49,727 nucleotides of DNA from Candidatus Latescibacterota bacterium (GCA_016209865.1 JACQVL010000258.1:1-49727); one strand, 5' to 3'. Numbered from the stretch's first letter, positions 18,084 to 29,954 are shown. The notes: generated from the sequence alone by a model not told the origin. Made by a program: numbers and translations.

Positions 18084-19397
18084 TTATCGCAGCAGCCGGG
18101 ACACGTCATTGACGATGACGAACGCCATAATCAACGCTAAGATCGCCATCCCGATCTGCTGCCAGACCATCCGCTGTCGCAGGGTCAGGGGACGCCGGAT
18201 CAGGCCTTCCACGGCCAGGATGAGAAGTTGACCCCCGTCGAGCGCGGGAATCGGGAGGATATTCAGGATCGCTAAGTTGATGCTGAGGAAGGCGATGAAG
18301 TTGAACAGACTCTCGACGCCTCGCCGGGCGGTGTCCCCGGCCACCTGGGCGATAAAGATCGGCCCGCCGATCAGCTTGGCCGAGACATCGCGGGAGACGA
18401 GTTGCTTGACGAACGAGATCATCTTTCCTATGACCCCGGCGGTCTGCAGACCTGCCAGCCCGAACGCCCGGAAGACCCCGACCGGCTTCGACCGGTAGTA
18501 TTCCTTGCCGACGCCAATCCGTCCGATGTTCTCCATATCCCCTTTCGCGTTGACTTCGCGCATCACCTCAGTCGTCACCTGCGCCTGGTAGGGCTGGTCG
18601 CTGCGTGCCCACGTGATCGTGAGCACCTGGCCGGGTTTCTTACGGATGATGTCGACCATGTCCGTCCACTGGCTGATCGGCTGTCCGTCGACCGAGGTGA
18701 TCCGGTCCCCGACCTGTAGGCCGGCCGCGGCAGCCGGGCTGCCCGGGTTGACGACGTTGATCGTCGTGTCCATGAAGTACATCAGCCCGGCGAACCGCTC
18801 CTGGGGCGAGGTGGTCGTCCTGAAATCGATGACCGTCGTGCTCTCGGCACCGGCTCGGGTAAAGCGGACGTGAAACTGCGAGATGTTCTCGGCGGCGAAC
18901 CGCTCGACGACATCTTCCCACGTCTTCACCGGCGTCCGGTTGATGGCGTCGATCCGGTCCCCGACGGCCAGCCCGGCCTTCGCGAAGGGGGACTGCGGGG
19001 CGACTTTGCCGATCGCCGTCGTGTCGATGGAGGCGATGCCGACGAAGCACAGCAGGCCCCAGAGGACGAGGAACGCCAGCAGGACGTTCATCGCCGGGCC
19101 GGCCGCGATCACGAACGCGCGCGCCCAGAGGGGCTTCGAATGGAACTCCCACGGCTCGCCCCTGACTTCGTCCGAGTCAGGATGCTCGCCCGCCATCTTG
19201 ACGTAGCCCCCTAACGGGACCCAGGAGATGCAGTATTCGGTATCCCCGACCGTCTTGCCGATCATCTTCGGGGGGAAGCCTAAGGAAAACCGTTCGACTT
19301 TGATCCCGACGCGCTTCGCGGCCATGAAATGGCCGAGTTCATGGACGAAGACGAGCAGCCCCAGGACAAAGATCGCCGCTAAGATGTTCGTGATCAT
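18084..19397 (-). CDS. rseP: RIP metalloprotease RseP with two PDZ domains
   Basis: HELGH, PLGGYVKM, AGPAMN and NILPIPALDGG. Confidence 0.96.
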   Translation of the reverse strand: MITNILAAIFVLGLLVFVHELGHFMAAKRVGIKVERFSLGFPPKMIGKTVGDTEYCISWVPLGGYVKMAGEHPDSDEVRGEPWEFHSKPLWARAFVIAAGPAMNVLLAFLVLWGLLCFVGIASIDTTAIGKVAPQSPFAKAGLAVGDRIDAINRTPVKTWEDVVERFAAENISQFHVRFTRAGAESTTVIDFRTTTSPQERFAGLMYFMDTTINVVNPGSPAAAAGLQVGDRITSVDGQPISQWTDMVDIIRKKPGQVLTITWARSDQPYQAQVTTEVMREVNAKGDMENIGRIGVGKEYYRSKPVGVFRAFGLAGLQTAGVIGKMISFVKQLVSRDVSAKLIGGPIFIAQVAGDTARRGVESLFNFIAFLSINLAILNILPIPALDGGQLLILAVEGLIRRPLTLRQRMVWQQIGMAILALIMAFVIVNDVSRLLR

Positions 19398-19446
19398 ATC
19401 AGGAAGACTCTCCCATGCCCGGCCTCACCCGGTCGCCGGCCTGGCA

Positions 19447-20643
19447 TCAGCTCACGTGGAGCGGGTTCGTGCTCGATGTGTTCACCAGGTCGGCGCAGAA
19501 CGCCCGCGCCCAGACATCCGCCTCCAGGATGGAAGGGAGAGAGAATGTCCCGTTGGGGGCGTCGTCCATCCGGTGTTCGTGCGCGGTGATCGTCTCGGCG
19601 ATGATGTCCGGGATATCCGAGAAGCCGATCCGCGCTTGCAAGAATGCCTCGACCGCCACCTCATCCGCCGTGCTCAGGACAGTGGGGACGGTGACCCCGG
19701 CCTGTCCAGCCTGGTAGGCGAGCCGCAGGCAGGGGAATTTGTCGAAATCCGGCGGCGCGAACGTCAACTCCCGCCGTTGCATCAGGTCGAGCCGCTGCCA
19801 GGAGACGTTCAGCCGTTCCGGGAACGTCAGCGCGTACTGGATCGGCAGTCGCATATCCGGCACGCCGAGCTGAGCCAGGATCGACCCGTCCACCATCTCG
19901 ACCATCGAATGGATGATCGATTGCGGATGGATGACGATATCGATCCGGTCGACCGGAAGCCCGAACAGCCAGTGGGCCTCGATCACCTCGAACCCTTTAT
20001 TCATCAGGGTCGCAGAATCGATCGTCACTTTCCGGCCCATCTCCCAGACCGGATGGGCGAGCGCGTCGGCTGGGGAAATCGACGCGAAGGCGCTCCGATC
20101 CACGTCACGGAAGGGCCCGCCCGAGCACGTTAAGATGAGCCGTTCCACCTGCTCGATGCGTTGCCCGGCCAGACACTGGTGGATGGCGCAGTGCTCGCTG
20201 TCGATCGGGAGGATCTGGGCGCCGGCCGCGGCGGCCGTCCGCATCACCAGTTCGCCGGCCATGACGAGGATCTCTTTATTCGCCAGAGCGATCGTTTTCT
20301 CCGCCTGGATCGCCCTGAGGGTCGGGATGAGGCCGGCGCTGCCCGGCAGCGCGCTGATGACTAAGTCGGCCTCCGGATGGGTGGCGACCGCGATCAGCCC
20401 GTCGAGGCCGGCGCACAACGCCGGGCCATACCCGTTGCGGGTCTGGCGGAGCTTTTCCGCATACCGCTCCTCCATCACCGCCACGATGTCCGGCCGGAAC
20501 CGCTCGATCTGGCGCTGGAGCATCTCCGTCTGGCTGTTGGCCGTCAGCCCGCAGACGGTGAACCGGTCGGGGAACTGCGCGATCACCTCAAGGCTCTGCA
20601 CCCCGATCGACCCGGTCGACCCTAAGATGGCGACGCGTTTCAT
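19447..20643 (-). CDS. dxr: 1-deoxy-D-xylulose-5-phosphate reductoisomerase
   Basis: LGSTGSIG, LANKE, PIDSEH, MGRKVTIDSATLMNKGFEVIEAH and PDMRLPI. Confidence 0.98.
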   Translation of the reverse strand: MKRVAILGSTGSIGVQSLEVIAQFPDRFTVCGLTANSQTEMLQRQIERFRPDIVAVMEERYAEKLRQTRNGYGPALCAGLDGLIAVATHPEADLVISALPGSAGLIPTLRAIQAEKTIALANKEILVMAGELVMRTAAAAGAQILPIDSEHCAIHQCLAGQRIEQVERLILTCSGGPFRDVDRSAFASISPADALAHPVWEMGRKVTIDSATLMNKGFEVIEAHWLFGLPVDRIDIVIHPQSIIHSMVEMVDGSILAQLGVPDMRLPIQYALTFPERLNVSWQRLDLMQRRELTFAPPDFDKFPCLRLAYQAGQAGVTVPTVLSTADEVAVEAFLQARIGFSDIPDIIAETITAHEHRMDDAPNGTFSLPSILEADVWARAFCADLVNTSSTNPLHVS

Positions 20644-21477
20644 TTAGAGTACCACCATCCTCAAATAATAATACACCAACGGCGCACAGAACAGCACGCT
20701 GTCGAACCGGTCGAGCACCCCGCCGTGGCCCGGGATGAGGTGGGAGGAGTCCTTGACCTGCGAATCCCGTTTCATCAGGGATTCCGCCAGGTCGCCGACC
20801 TGTGCGACGAGGCCGCCGGCCAGTCCTAACACCCAGCAGTCCGCCCGCGACAGGAACGGAAAGAAAGAAGACCGGAGGGCAAACAGCCCGACGAGCGCTC
20901 CAGCCAGCCCGCCGAGCGCCCCTTCGACCGTCTTCCCGGTGCTCACCCGGGGAATCAAGCGATGGCGGCCGAGCCCCCGTCCGGTGAAATACGCCGCCGT
21001 GTCACAACCCCACGGGATGAGGAACGCGACCAACAGCGCGCCCATCCCGTCATGGTCTGTTAACGTGGGCTGGGTGCGTGGGAGTTCCCGGAGGAGGATG
21101 AGATGGCTGCTGAGCCAGCCGACGTAGAGGACGCCGAGTACGGTCGAAGCGGCGTTCAGCAAGGCTGAGCTCGGCCGCTTCGTGATGATCTCCAGGGTGA
21201 CTGCCAGGAGGACGACCCCGGTGATCACCCCCGTGGCCATCCGGCCTCCGTCGAACCAGGCGCTCCAACTGAGCGCGACCGCGCCGAGCAGGCCGAGGGG
21301 ACGGTTGGGGTCGAGCCCCTTGGCCGCCGCCATGCGGTAGAATTCCCAGAGTCCCGCGACGATCACCAGGTCGATGAACCCGACGAAGGGAACACCGCCC
21401 ACCCACGCGAGGAGCAAGACGACTGGGATCAGGGTCAGGCCGACGAGAATACGGACCCAGACGTGTGGTACGGTCAC
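20644..21477 (-). CDS. cdsA: Phosphatidate cytidylyltransferase
   Basis: DTAAYFTG, KTVEG, GDLAESLMKR...KDS..IPGHGGVLDRFDS. Confidence 0.96.
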   Translation of the reverse strand: MTVPHVWVRILVGLTLIPVVLLLAWVGGVPFVGFIDLVIVAGLWEFYRMAAAKGLDPNRPLGLLGAVALSWSAWFDGGRMATGVITGVVLLAVTLEIITKRPSSALLNAASTVLGVLYVGWLSSHLILLRELPRTQPTLTDHDGMGALLVAFLIPWGCDTAAYFTGRGLGRHRLIPRVSTGKTVEGALGGLAGALVGLFALRSSFFPFLSRADCWVLGLAGGLVAQVGDLAESLMKRDSQVKDSSHLIPGHGGVLDRFDSVLFCAPLVYYYLRMVVL

Positions 21478-21528
21478 CGTGCGGTTACTCCGTCCCCATC
21501 CTCGTATGGCCCGGATCGGCGCGGCCTG

Positions 21529-22290
21529 TCACCGGACCGAGACCGCGACCTGAGCCTGGGCGCTCGTCCGGCCGAACCGCCGCTCCCGCGTTTGATAGTC
21601 CTGTATGGCCGCGTAGAAATGCTCACGCCGGAAATCGGGCCACAGGACGGGCATCACGCAGATCTCGGTGTAGGCAAGCTGGTAGAGGAGGAAATTGCTG
21701 ATGCGCATTTCCCCGCTCGTCCGGATCAGGAGATCAGGGTCGGGGAGGCCGGCGGTATCGAGATAGGACGCGAACAGGGTCTCATCCACCGCCGCCAGGT
21801 GCTGTTTGCCGTCGACGATATCTTGAGCCAAGCGTTTGGCCGCCTCGACGATCTCCCGGCGCCCGCCGTAGTTGAGGGCCAGAATCAGCCGCAGGCCGGT
21901 GTTCTTCGACGTCTGCGCGATCGCGTACGCGACCTCACGGCGGGCCGCTTCGGGCAGCTCATCCCACCGGCCGATGACCATGATCTTGACGTTGTTCCGG
22001 TTGATTTCCTCGATCTCACTCCGGATCGTGGCGATGAGGAGACGCATCAGGGCGGAGACTTCCGTCTTCGGGCGTCGCCAGTTCTCCGTGGAGAACGTGA
22101 ACAACGTCAGCACATCGAGACCCAACTCCCCGGCAACCCGGACGATATCCCGGACGACGTTGACCCCTTCCCGGTGTCCGACGACCCGGGGGAGGCCGCG
22201 CTGCGCCGCCCAGCGCCCGTTCCCGTCGACGATGATGGCGATATGCCGGGGAAGCCGCGTCCTATCGAGTGCGGAAGCGTCCTGGTTCAC
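21529..22290 (-). CDS. uppS: Undecaprenyl diphosphate synthase
   Basis: HIAIIVDGNGRWA, FSTENWRRP, NYGGR and DLLIRTSGEMRISNFLL; GTG start after AAGGGG. Confidence 0.97.
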   Translation of the reverse strand: MNQDASALDRTRLPRHIAIIVDGNGRWAAQRGLPRVVGHREGVNVVRDIVRVAGELGLDVLTLFTFSTENWRRPKTEVSALMRLLIATIRSEIEEINRNNVKIMVIGRWDELPEAARREVAYAIAQTSKNTGLRLILALNYGGRREIVEAAKRLAQDIVDGKQHLAAVDETLFASYLDTAGLPDPDLLIRTSGEMRISNFLLYQLAYTEICVMPVLWPDFRREHFYAAIQDYQTRERRFGRTSAQAQVAVSVR

Positions 22291-22307
22291 GCTCGACAAC
22301 CCCTTAT

Positions 22308-22372
22308 AGATTCCCGCTTCCACGGGAATGACAAGATGTTACCGACTACCGACCACCGACCACCGACCACCG
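22308..22372. repeat. dRS3-like palindrome (22308-22333) next to heptamer array (ACCGACY)x4 (22341-22372)
   Basis: agATTCCCgcttccacGGGAATgaca; accgact accgacc accgacc accgacc. Confidence 0.85.
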
Positions 22373-23660
<1,288 letters not shown>

Positions 23661-24257
23661 CTACTCCCCTCCCAGCTCGAACCGGACAAAACGGCGGACG
23701 ACGATGTTCTCCCCTAATTTCGCGATCGTCGCGGTGACGAGGTCCTTGATCGTTTTATCGGTATCCCGGATGAACGGCTGTTCGAGGAGACAGTGCTCCT
23801 GGTAGAATTTTTCGACCTTCCCCTGGACGATCCGGTCGATGAGATGCTCCGGTTTCCCCTCGTTCCGTGCCTGAGTCCGGTAAATCTCCCGCTCCCGCTC
23901 GACGATCGCCGGGTCGATGTGCTCTCGATCCACCGCTAAGGGCTTGGTGGCGGCGACCTGCATGGCCAGGTCATGGACGAGCGTCCTGAATGCCTCGTTC
24001 CGGGCGACGAAGTCCGTCTCGGAGTTGACCTCGACCATCGCGCCGATCCGGCTGCCCACATGGGTGTACGCATGGATCAGCCCTTCTTTAGCCGTCCGGC
24101 TGCTCTTCTTCGACGCGGTCAGGATGCCCTGCTCCCGCAGGTAGGTGATCGCTTTCTCGATATCCCCGTTGGAGAGGTCGAGCGCCTTCTTGCAGTCCAT
24201 CATCCCGGCGCCCGTCTTCTCCCGCAGGACTTTGACATCTGCTGCCGACACTCCCAT
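23661..24257 (-). CDS. tsf: Elongation factor Ts (short, about 198 aa form)
   Basis: LREKTGAGMMDCKKAL, EVNSETDFVA and RRFVRFELG. Confidence 0.98.
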   Translation of the reverse strand: MGVSAADVKVLREKTGAGMMDCKKALDLSNGDIEKAITYLREQGILTASKKSSRTAKEGLIHAYTHVGSRIGAMVEVNSETDFVARNEAFRTLVHDLAMQVAATKPLAVDREHIDPAIVEREREIYRTQARNEGKPEHLIDRIVQGKVEKFYQEHCLLEQPFIRDTDKTIKDLVTATIAKLGENIVVRRFVRFELGGE

Positions 24258-24429
24258 GAATCCCACTCCGTTTAAGCCCCTGCTCACGCGGATCAGGAGC
24301 TAAGGCCGCCTTTCTCCAGCCTGCCAGTCACACACCCTGCCGGATGTCCTCTAATCTACCGAGCAGTCCTCGAAAAAACATGAGGTCTCTCTGAGAAACT
24401 TATGAGAAACTCAACCGGATGCGTCCGTC

Positions 24430-25206
24430 TTACGCCTCTTCATCTACGTCGTCGACGACGGGGGCCGGTTTCTGTTCGTCGGGTTCCTCGGTGTCCTTCT
24501 TCCGGGCGAATTGTTCGCGATCCACCCGTCGGAGGCCTTCGTCGACGGCGTCTGCGATGATGTTCGTGATGAGCGCGATGGAGCGCAGGGCGTCGTCGTT
24601 GCCGGGGATCGGGTAGGTGATGAGGTCGGGGTCGCAGTTGGTATCCAGGATGCTGACCACCGGGATTTCGAGGGCGTTCGCCTCAGCGACGGCGATCCGT
24701 TCCTTCCGGGCGTCGACCACGTAGACGATCCCGGGCAGTTGGCGCATCTCTCGAATCCCGCCCAACACCCTCTGCAGCCGATCCCGCTCTTTCCCCAGGC
24801 TGGCGGCTTCCTTCTTCGTCAGCGCGTCGAGAATCCCGTGTTCTTTCATCTTCTCCAGGTCTTCCAGCCGCTTGACGCTCGACCGGATCGTCTGGAAGTT
24901 GGTAAGCATCCCGCCCAGCCAGCGCTCGACGACGTAGAACATCCCGCACCGCGCCGCCTCTTCGACGATCACCGGCTTCGCCTGCTTCTTCGTCCCGACG
25001 AACAGCACCGACTCCCCGCTCTCCACCGCCGTCCGGACGGCGGTGTAGGCGAGTTCGATGTGCTTCAGCGTTTTTTGCAGGTCGATAATGTAAATGCCAT
25101 TTCGCTCGGCGAAGATGAACTTCTTCATCTTCGGGTTCCACCGTCTCGTCTGATGGCCGAAATGAACCCCGGCCTTCAGCAGGTCCTGCATGATCGGAAT
25201 ACCCAT
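24430..25206 (-). CDS. rpsB: 30S ribosomal protein S2
   Basis: [32 protein letters not shown] and PGNDDA; AAAGGAG RBS. Confidence 0.98.
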   Translation of the reverse strand: MGIPIMQDLLKAGVHFGHQTRRWNPKMKKFIFAERNGIYIIDLQKTLKHIELAYTAVRTAVESGESVLFVGTKKQAKPVIVEEAARCGMFYVVERWLGGMLTNFQTIRSSVKRLEDLEKMKEHGILDALTKKEAASLGKERDRLQRVLGGIREMRQLPGIVYVVDARKERIAVAEANALEIPVVSILDTNCDPDLITYPIPGNDDALRSIALITNIIADAVDEGLRRVDREQFARKKDTEEPDEQKPAPVVDDVDEEA

Positions 25207-25323
25207 GTTCGGTCTATCGCTCCTTTCACCACGTCCACGGACACATGTTTGATCCCCCCTCACACGGCGCTGATAGGCCGCGGCTGCTGCATGGGAGGGG
25301 TGACTCCCACACGCTCGGTCTGC

Positions 25324-25731
25324 TTACCGTTTCGAGAACTGGTACCGCTTCCGCGCGCCGGCCATCCCGTACTTCTTCCGCTCCTTGCTCCGGGCGTCAC
25401 GGGTCAACAGGCCGGCGGTACGGAGCTGGCCGCGTAAGGTCTCGTCCATCTTCTCCAGCGCCCGGGCGATGCCCAGCCGCAACGCCCCCGCCTGTCCGGC
25501 GATCCCCCCGCCATGCGTGCGGGCGATGACGCTCACCCGATCCAGCGTGCTCGTCACGGTCAGGGGTTCCTCGACGGCCGCGACCAGGCTGTCACGGGAA
25601 AAGTATTCCTGCAGCGTCTTGCCGTTGACCGTCCGCGTGTTGCCGTCGGCCGGCCGGACCCACACCTGAGCAATCGCGCGTTTCCGCTTCCCGACCGCGT
25701 GATAGACATCTGTCGTCATGCGTGCGTTCAC
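25324..25731 (-). CDS. rpsI: 30S ribosomal protein S9
   Basis: GKRK, GGGIAGQAGA and LTRDAR.KERKKYG...QFSKR. Confidence 0.98.
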   Translation of the reverse strand: MNARMTTDVYHAVGKRKRAIAQVWVRPADGNTRTVNGKTLQEYFSRDSLVAAVEEPLTVTSTLDRVSVIARTHGGGIAGQAGALRLGIARALEKMDETLRGQLRTAGLLTRDARSKERKKYGMAGARKRYQFSKR

Positions 25732-25752
25732 CTCCTTTGTCTGCGATGATGG

Positions 25753-26184
25753 TTATCCCATCTTCAACACATCCGGCTTCTGCGCCGCATGCGGATGGGT
25801 CGATCCTCTGTAGACTTTCAGCTTCCTGAACATCTGCCGTCCCAGTGTGGTGTGGGGGAGCATGCCTTTCACCGCCATCCGGACGACCCGCTCAGGGCTC
25901 CGGGCAAACAGTTTCTGGTAGGGCGTCACCTTGAGTCCACCCGGATACCCGCTGTACCGGTAGTAGAGCTTCTGCTCCGCTTTCTTCCCGGTGACCACCA
26001 CCTGGCTGGCGTTGATGATGATCACATGATCCCCGGTGTCCACGTGGGGCGAATAGATCGGCTTCGTCTTCCCCCGGAGGATCTGGGCGACCTGGCTGGC
26101 CAACCGTCCGAGCACCTGGCCCCTGGCATCCACGACGTGCCACTGGCGCTCGACGTTCTGTGCGTTGATAGTCGGTGTTCTCAT
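25753..26184 (-). CDS. rplM: 50S ribosomal protein L13
   Basis: [26 protein letters not shown] and HPHAAQKP. Confidence 0.98.
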   Translation of the reverse strand: MRTPTINAQNVERQWHVVDARGQVLGRLASQVAQILRGKTKPIYSPHVDTGDHVIIINASQVVVTGKKAEQKLYYRYSGYPGGLKVTPYQKLFARSPERVVRMAVKGMLPHTTLGRQMFRKLKVYRGSTHPHAAQKPDVLKMG

Positions 26185-26227
26185 GGTCGTGTGTGTACTC
26201 CTCGATGAATGGATATGAGACCATCCT

Positions 26228-26283
26228 GTAGGGGCGAATCTCGTCTTCGCCCCGATATGGGCGATCCCAAGGATCGCCCGTAC
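26228..26283. repeat. GTAG-type REP doublet, a close inverted copy of 4792-4849
   Basis: gtaggggcgaatctcgtcttcgccccgatatgggcgatcccaaggatcgcccgtac versus revcomp(4792-4849) gtaggggcgaatcttgtattcgccctatccagggggcgatcacaaggatcgaccctac. Confidence 0.9.
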
Positions 26284-26285
26284 AA

Positions 26286-27347
26286 TCATCCCCTTTTCTC
26301 CTCTCGCGCCAGCGACGCGAGGCTCTCCGCGTACGGGGTCCGTGCGATCCCCCGTTCAGTAATAATCCCTGAGACGAGACGGGCGGGGGTCACGTCGAAC
26401 GCCGGGTTGTACACCTTGACGCCATCCGGCGCGGTCGGTTTCCCGAACCCGTTCGTGACCTCGACTGGATTCCGCTCTTCGATCGGAATCCCGGCTCCGG
26501 TCGGGATCGAGAGGTCGATCGTGGAGAACGGGGCGGCGACGTAGAACGGGATGTGATGGGCCTGCGCCAGCACCGCCACCCCGTACGTGCCGATCTTGTT
26601 CGCCACATCCCCGTTGGCGGCGATCCGGTCCGCCCCCACCATAATGCAGTCGATCTTCCCCTCTTTCATCACCTGAGCGGCCATGTTGTCACAGATGAGG
26701 GTGACATCAATCCCGGCCTGCATCAGCTCCCAGGCGGTCAGCCGGGCGCCCTGGAGGACGGGCCGCGTCTCGTCGGCGAACACCCGGACCCCCTTGCCGT
26801 CCGCGTGCGCCTGGTAGATGACCGCTAACGCCGTGCCCGCCCCGGCCGTCGCCAGCGCGCCCGCGTTGCAATGCGTCAGCACCGTCTGTCCGTCGTTGAT
26901 GAGGTCTGCCCCGTACTCTCCGATCTTCCGGCAGACCGCCCGGTCTTCCTCCAGGATGGCTAAGGCCTCGTTCAGCAACCCCGTCTGGATGTCCGGGATG
27001 GAGCGCGTCCGGCTGCGCTCCGCGACCGCCCTCATCCGATTGAGCGCCCAGAACAGGTTGACGGCGGTCGGCCGGGTCGCCCCCAGCACCCGGATGACCT
27101 CATCCAGCTCCGCGGTGAACGCCGGATAGTCGCGGGCGCGCGAGTCCTGGATGCCCAGCACCACCCCCAGCGCAGCCGCCACCCCGATCGCCGGCGCGCC
27201 CCGCACCTTCAGGTGCGTGATGGCAGAGGCCAGCTCCCGATAATCCCGGTAGGTCTCGTACACCAGATCATTCGGAAGCCGCGTCTGGTCGAGCATCCGC
27301 ACCGCGCGATGCTCCGCATCCCAGGCGATGGTCGTGAAAGGCGTCAT
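26286..27347 (-). CDS. mtnA: Methylthioribose-1-phosphate isomerase
   Basis: [44 protein letters not shown] and [10 protein letters not shown]. Confidence 0.96.
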   Translation of the reverse strand: MTPFTTIAWDAEHRAVRMLDQTRLPNDLVYETYRDYRELASAITHLKVRGAPAIGVAAALGVVLGIQDSRARDYPAFTAELDEVIRVLGATRPTAVNLFWALNRMRAVAERSRTRSIPDIQTGLLNEALAILEEDRAVCRKIGEYGADLINDGQTVLTHCNAGALATAGAGTALAVIYQAHADGKGVRVFADETRPVLQGARLTAWELMQAGIDVTLICDNMAAQVMKEGKIDCIMVGADRIAANGDVANKIGTYGVAVLAQAHHIPFYVAAPFSTIDLSIPTGAGIPIEERNPVEVTNGFGKPTAPDGVKVYNPAFDVTPARLVSGIITERGIARTPYAESLASLAREEKRG

Positions 27348-28246
27348 TCGAACCGCAACATCTCCATGAACGCGTGCAGCCGTTGGTCGATCTCCCCGTG
27401 AGTCAGCGTGGCCAGCCGTCGGACGCTGAAGTCTTCCACGTTGAACGACGCCATCACGCTGCCATGGATCATCGCCCGTTTCAGGCCGGCGTCATTCGTC
27501 TCCTGCGTCTTGGCGAGATACCCGACAAACCCGCCCGCGAACGAGTCGCCCGCCCCGGTCGGGTCGGTCACCGACACGACCGGATAGGCCGGGACGGCGA
27601 AGTAGGAGTCGTTCGTGACGAGCGTCGCGCCGTGTTCTCCGCGTTTGACGACGACCGCCCGCGGGCCGAATTCGAGGATCCGCCGTGCGGCCCGGACGAG
27701 GTTGAATTCCTGCGCCAGTTGCCGCGCTTCCCCGTCGTTGATGATGAGGACATCCACCCGCGCCAGGGTGCTGAGCAGCGCCGCGTACTTGCCGGTGATC
27801 CAGAAGTCCATCGTGTCACAGATGACGAGCCGCGGCCGGGTGACCTGGTTGAGCACCTCGCTCTGCAACTCCGGGTCGATGTTCGCTAAGAACACAAACT
27901 CCATCTCACGGTGCACGTCCGAGAGCATCGGACGGAACGAGGCGAAGACGTTCAACTGCGTGTCGAGCGTGCGCCGATCGTTCATGTTCGGCTCATACTC
28001 ACCCGCCCACCGGAACGTCTGGCCGTCTGCGACTTCCAGCCCGGAGAAGTCGACCGACCGGTGGCGTAAAAACGCCAGCGCGTCCATCGAAAAATCCTGG
28101 CCGACCACGGCCACGAGGCGAACGGGCGCGAAGAAGCTGGCCGCCGCAGAAAAGTACGTGGCCGACCCCCCGATCGCCTCGGACACCGCTCCGTGCGGGG
28201 TTTTGACCGAGTCGAACGCGACCGACCCAACGACGAGAATGCTCAT
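27344..28246 (-). CDS. PfkB-family carbohydrate/nucleoside kinase
   Basis: VVGSVAFD, GGSATYF and DPTGAGDSFAGG; 4-bp overlap with mtnA. Confidence 0.93.
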   Translation of the reverse strand: MSILVVGSVAFDSVKTPHGAVSEAIGGSATYFSAAASFFAPVRLVAVVGQDFSMDALAFLRHRSVDFSGLEVADGQTFRWAGEYEPNMNDRRTLDTQLNVFASFRPMLSDVHREMEFVFLANIDPELQSEVLNQVTRPRLVICDTMDFWITGKYAALLSTLARVDVLIINDGEARQLAQEFNLVRAARRILEFGPRAVVVKRGEHGATLVTNDSYFAVPAYPVVSVTDPTGAGDSFAGGFVGYLAKTQETNDAGLKRAMIHGSVMASFNVEDFSVRRLATLTHGEIDQRLHAFMEMLRFE

Positions 28247-28253
28247 CGTCTCC

Positions 28254-29954
28254 TCACATCGTCTCCGGCGCGGACACCCCAATGACGGACAGCCCGTTGC
28301 GGAGGACGATCCGCGTGGCGTTGACGAGCGCCAGCCGGCTCTGCGTCAATGCCCGGTCGTCGGTGACCACCCGGTGCCGGTGGTAGAACGGATGGAACGT
28401 CGCCGCCACCTCCCGGACGTACGTGGTCATCCGGTGCGGCTCGAACAGCGTCGCCGCGCTCAGGATGATCTCAGGCAGCCGGCCTAACAGCTTGATGAGC
28501 GCCACCTCCTCCGGCGCCCGCAAGAGGGAGAGATCGACGCGCGCCGCCGGAAGCCGGACGATGCCCTGCTCCTCCGCATGGTGCAGGATGCTCATGATCC
28601 GGGCGTGGGCATACTGGACGTAATACACCGGGTTCTCGTCCGACTGGGCCTTCGCGACGTTCAGGTCGAAGTTCAGATGACTGTGCATATTCCGCATCAG
28701 GAAGAAGAAGCGGACGACGTCCGGCCCGACCTCGTCGAGCAGTTCGTCTAAGGTGACGAAATTGGCCTTCCGCTTCGACATCCGGACCTGCTCCCCATCC
28801 TTCATCAGGGTGACGAACTGGTGGATGAGGACTTTCAGTTTGCTCGTCTCACAGCCCAGCGCGTTCAACCCGGCGATGACTTCCTGGTAGGTCGCGTGAT
28901 GATCCGCCCCGAAGATATCGACGATGAGGTCGAACCCGCGCTCGAATTTATGCTGGTGGTAGGCGATGTCGGGAAGCCGGTACGTCGGCTCGCCGGTGGC
29001 GCTTTTCACGATCACCCGGTCTTGCGGCAGCCCGAAATCTGTGGCTTTAAACCATAAGGCGCCGTCCTTCTCGTAGGCCGCCCCTCGTTGCTTGAATGTC
29101 TCGATCACCGCCGCTACACGCCCCGTCTCGTACAGGTCGGACTCGTTGTAGAACACGTCGAACACGATGCCCAATCGGGCGAGGGTTCCCTTGATATGCT
29201 CGAACATCAACCGTTCGGCGGTTTCTTTGAAGACCGCCAGCTCCCCGCGCTCCGCCGCGCCGACGAGCGTGCCGCCGTGCTGGTCGACGATCGTCTGGGC
29301 GATATCGCGGATGTAGTCCCCCTCGTAGCCGTCCTCCGGGAACGGGTATGGACGGCCGAGCAGTTCCATGTACCGGGCGTAGACGGACTCGGTCAGGAGG
29401 GTCATCTGGCGGCCGGCGTTGTTAAAATAGTACTCGCGCGTGACGACAGACCCGGTCCACTCGAACAGACGGCTGATGGCATCTCCGATGACCGCCTGCC
29501 GGCCGTGACTGACGGCGAGCGGGCCGGTCGGGTTGGCGCTGACGAACTCCACCTGCACCCGCTGGCCCTGGCCGGCCTCACACGCCCCGTAGCGCTCGTC
29601 CGCCGCTTCGATCTCCAGCAGCGTCTCGTTCAGCCATTGGGGCCCCAGGCGGAAGTTGATGAACCCGGGACCGGCCACCCAGACCTCGCTCACCCGGTCC
29701 GGGTCGAACGCCAGCGCACGCACGATCGTCTCGGCGAGCGCACGGGGAGACTGTTTGACCTGCCGGGCGAGCGACAGGGCCAGGCTGGTCGACAGATCCC
29801 CGTGGTCGGGGTTGGTCGGGGCTTCCAGGGGCACCGGCTCGGACGCCCGGTCGCTCCCGTAGAGGGCGGCGACCGCTGTCCGGAGGCCCTGCGTGAGGTA
29901 GTCTCGCACGGTCAGACGGCTGGTGTCGTGCGTGGAGACGGGCTCGTTCGTCAT
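28254..29954 (-). CDS. argS: Arginine--tRNA ligase
   Basis: AGPGFINF, EFVSANPTGPL, GADHH, RMSKRK and NPVYYVQYAHAR. Confidence 0.97.
   Translation of the reverse strand: MTNEPVSTHDTSRLTVRDYLTQGLRTAVAALYGSDRASEPVPLEAPTNPDHGDLSTSLALSLARQVKQSPRALAETIVRALAFDPDRVSEVWVAGPGFINFRLGPQWLNETLLEIEAADERYGACEAGQGQRVQVEFVSANPTGPLAVSHGRQAVIGDAISRLFEWTGSVVTREYYFNNAGRQMTLLTESVYARYMELLGRPYPFPEDGYEGDYIRDIAQTIVDQHGGTLVGAAERGELAVFKETAERLMFEHIKGTLARLGIVFDVFYNESDLYETGRVAAVIETFKQRGAAYEKDGALWFKATDFGLPQDRVIVKSATGEPTYRLPDIAYHQHKFERGFDLIVDIFGADHHATYQEVIAGLNALGCETSKLKVLIHQFVTLMKDGEQVRMSKRKANFVTLDELLDEVGPDVVRFFFLMRNMHSHLNFDLNVAKAQSDENPVYYVQYAHARIMSILHHAEEQGIVRLPAARVDLSLLRAPEEVALIKLLGRLPEIILSAATLFEPHRMTTYVREVAATFHPFYHRHRVVTDDRALTQSRLALVNATRIVLRNGLSVIGVSAPETM

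Noticed and set aside
25207-25323. Ribosomal protein S2 autoregulatory leader
   Set aside because: One hairpin is present, but I could not match the known leader motifs with confidence.
26185-26289. N-terminal extensions in the ORF track (rplM, uppS, rpsB, efp, epimerase, nucleotidyltransferase, aminotransferase)
   Set aside because: They run through REP/heptamer DNA or start upstream of the promoter; downstream starts with an RBS or matching family length fit better.
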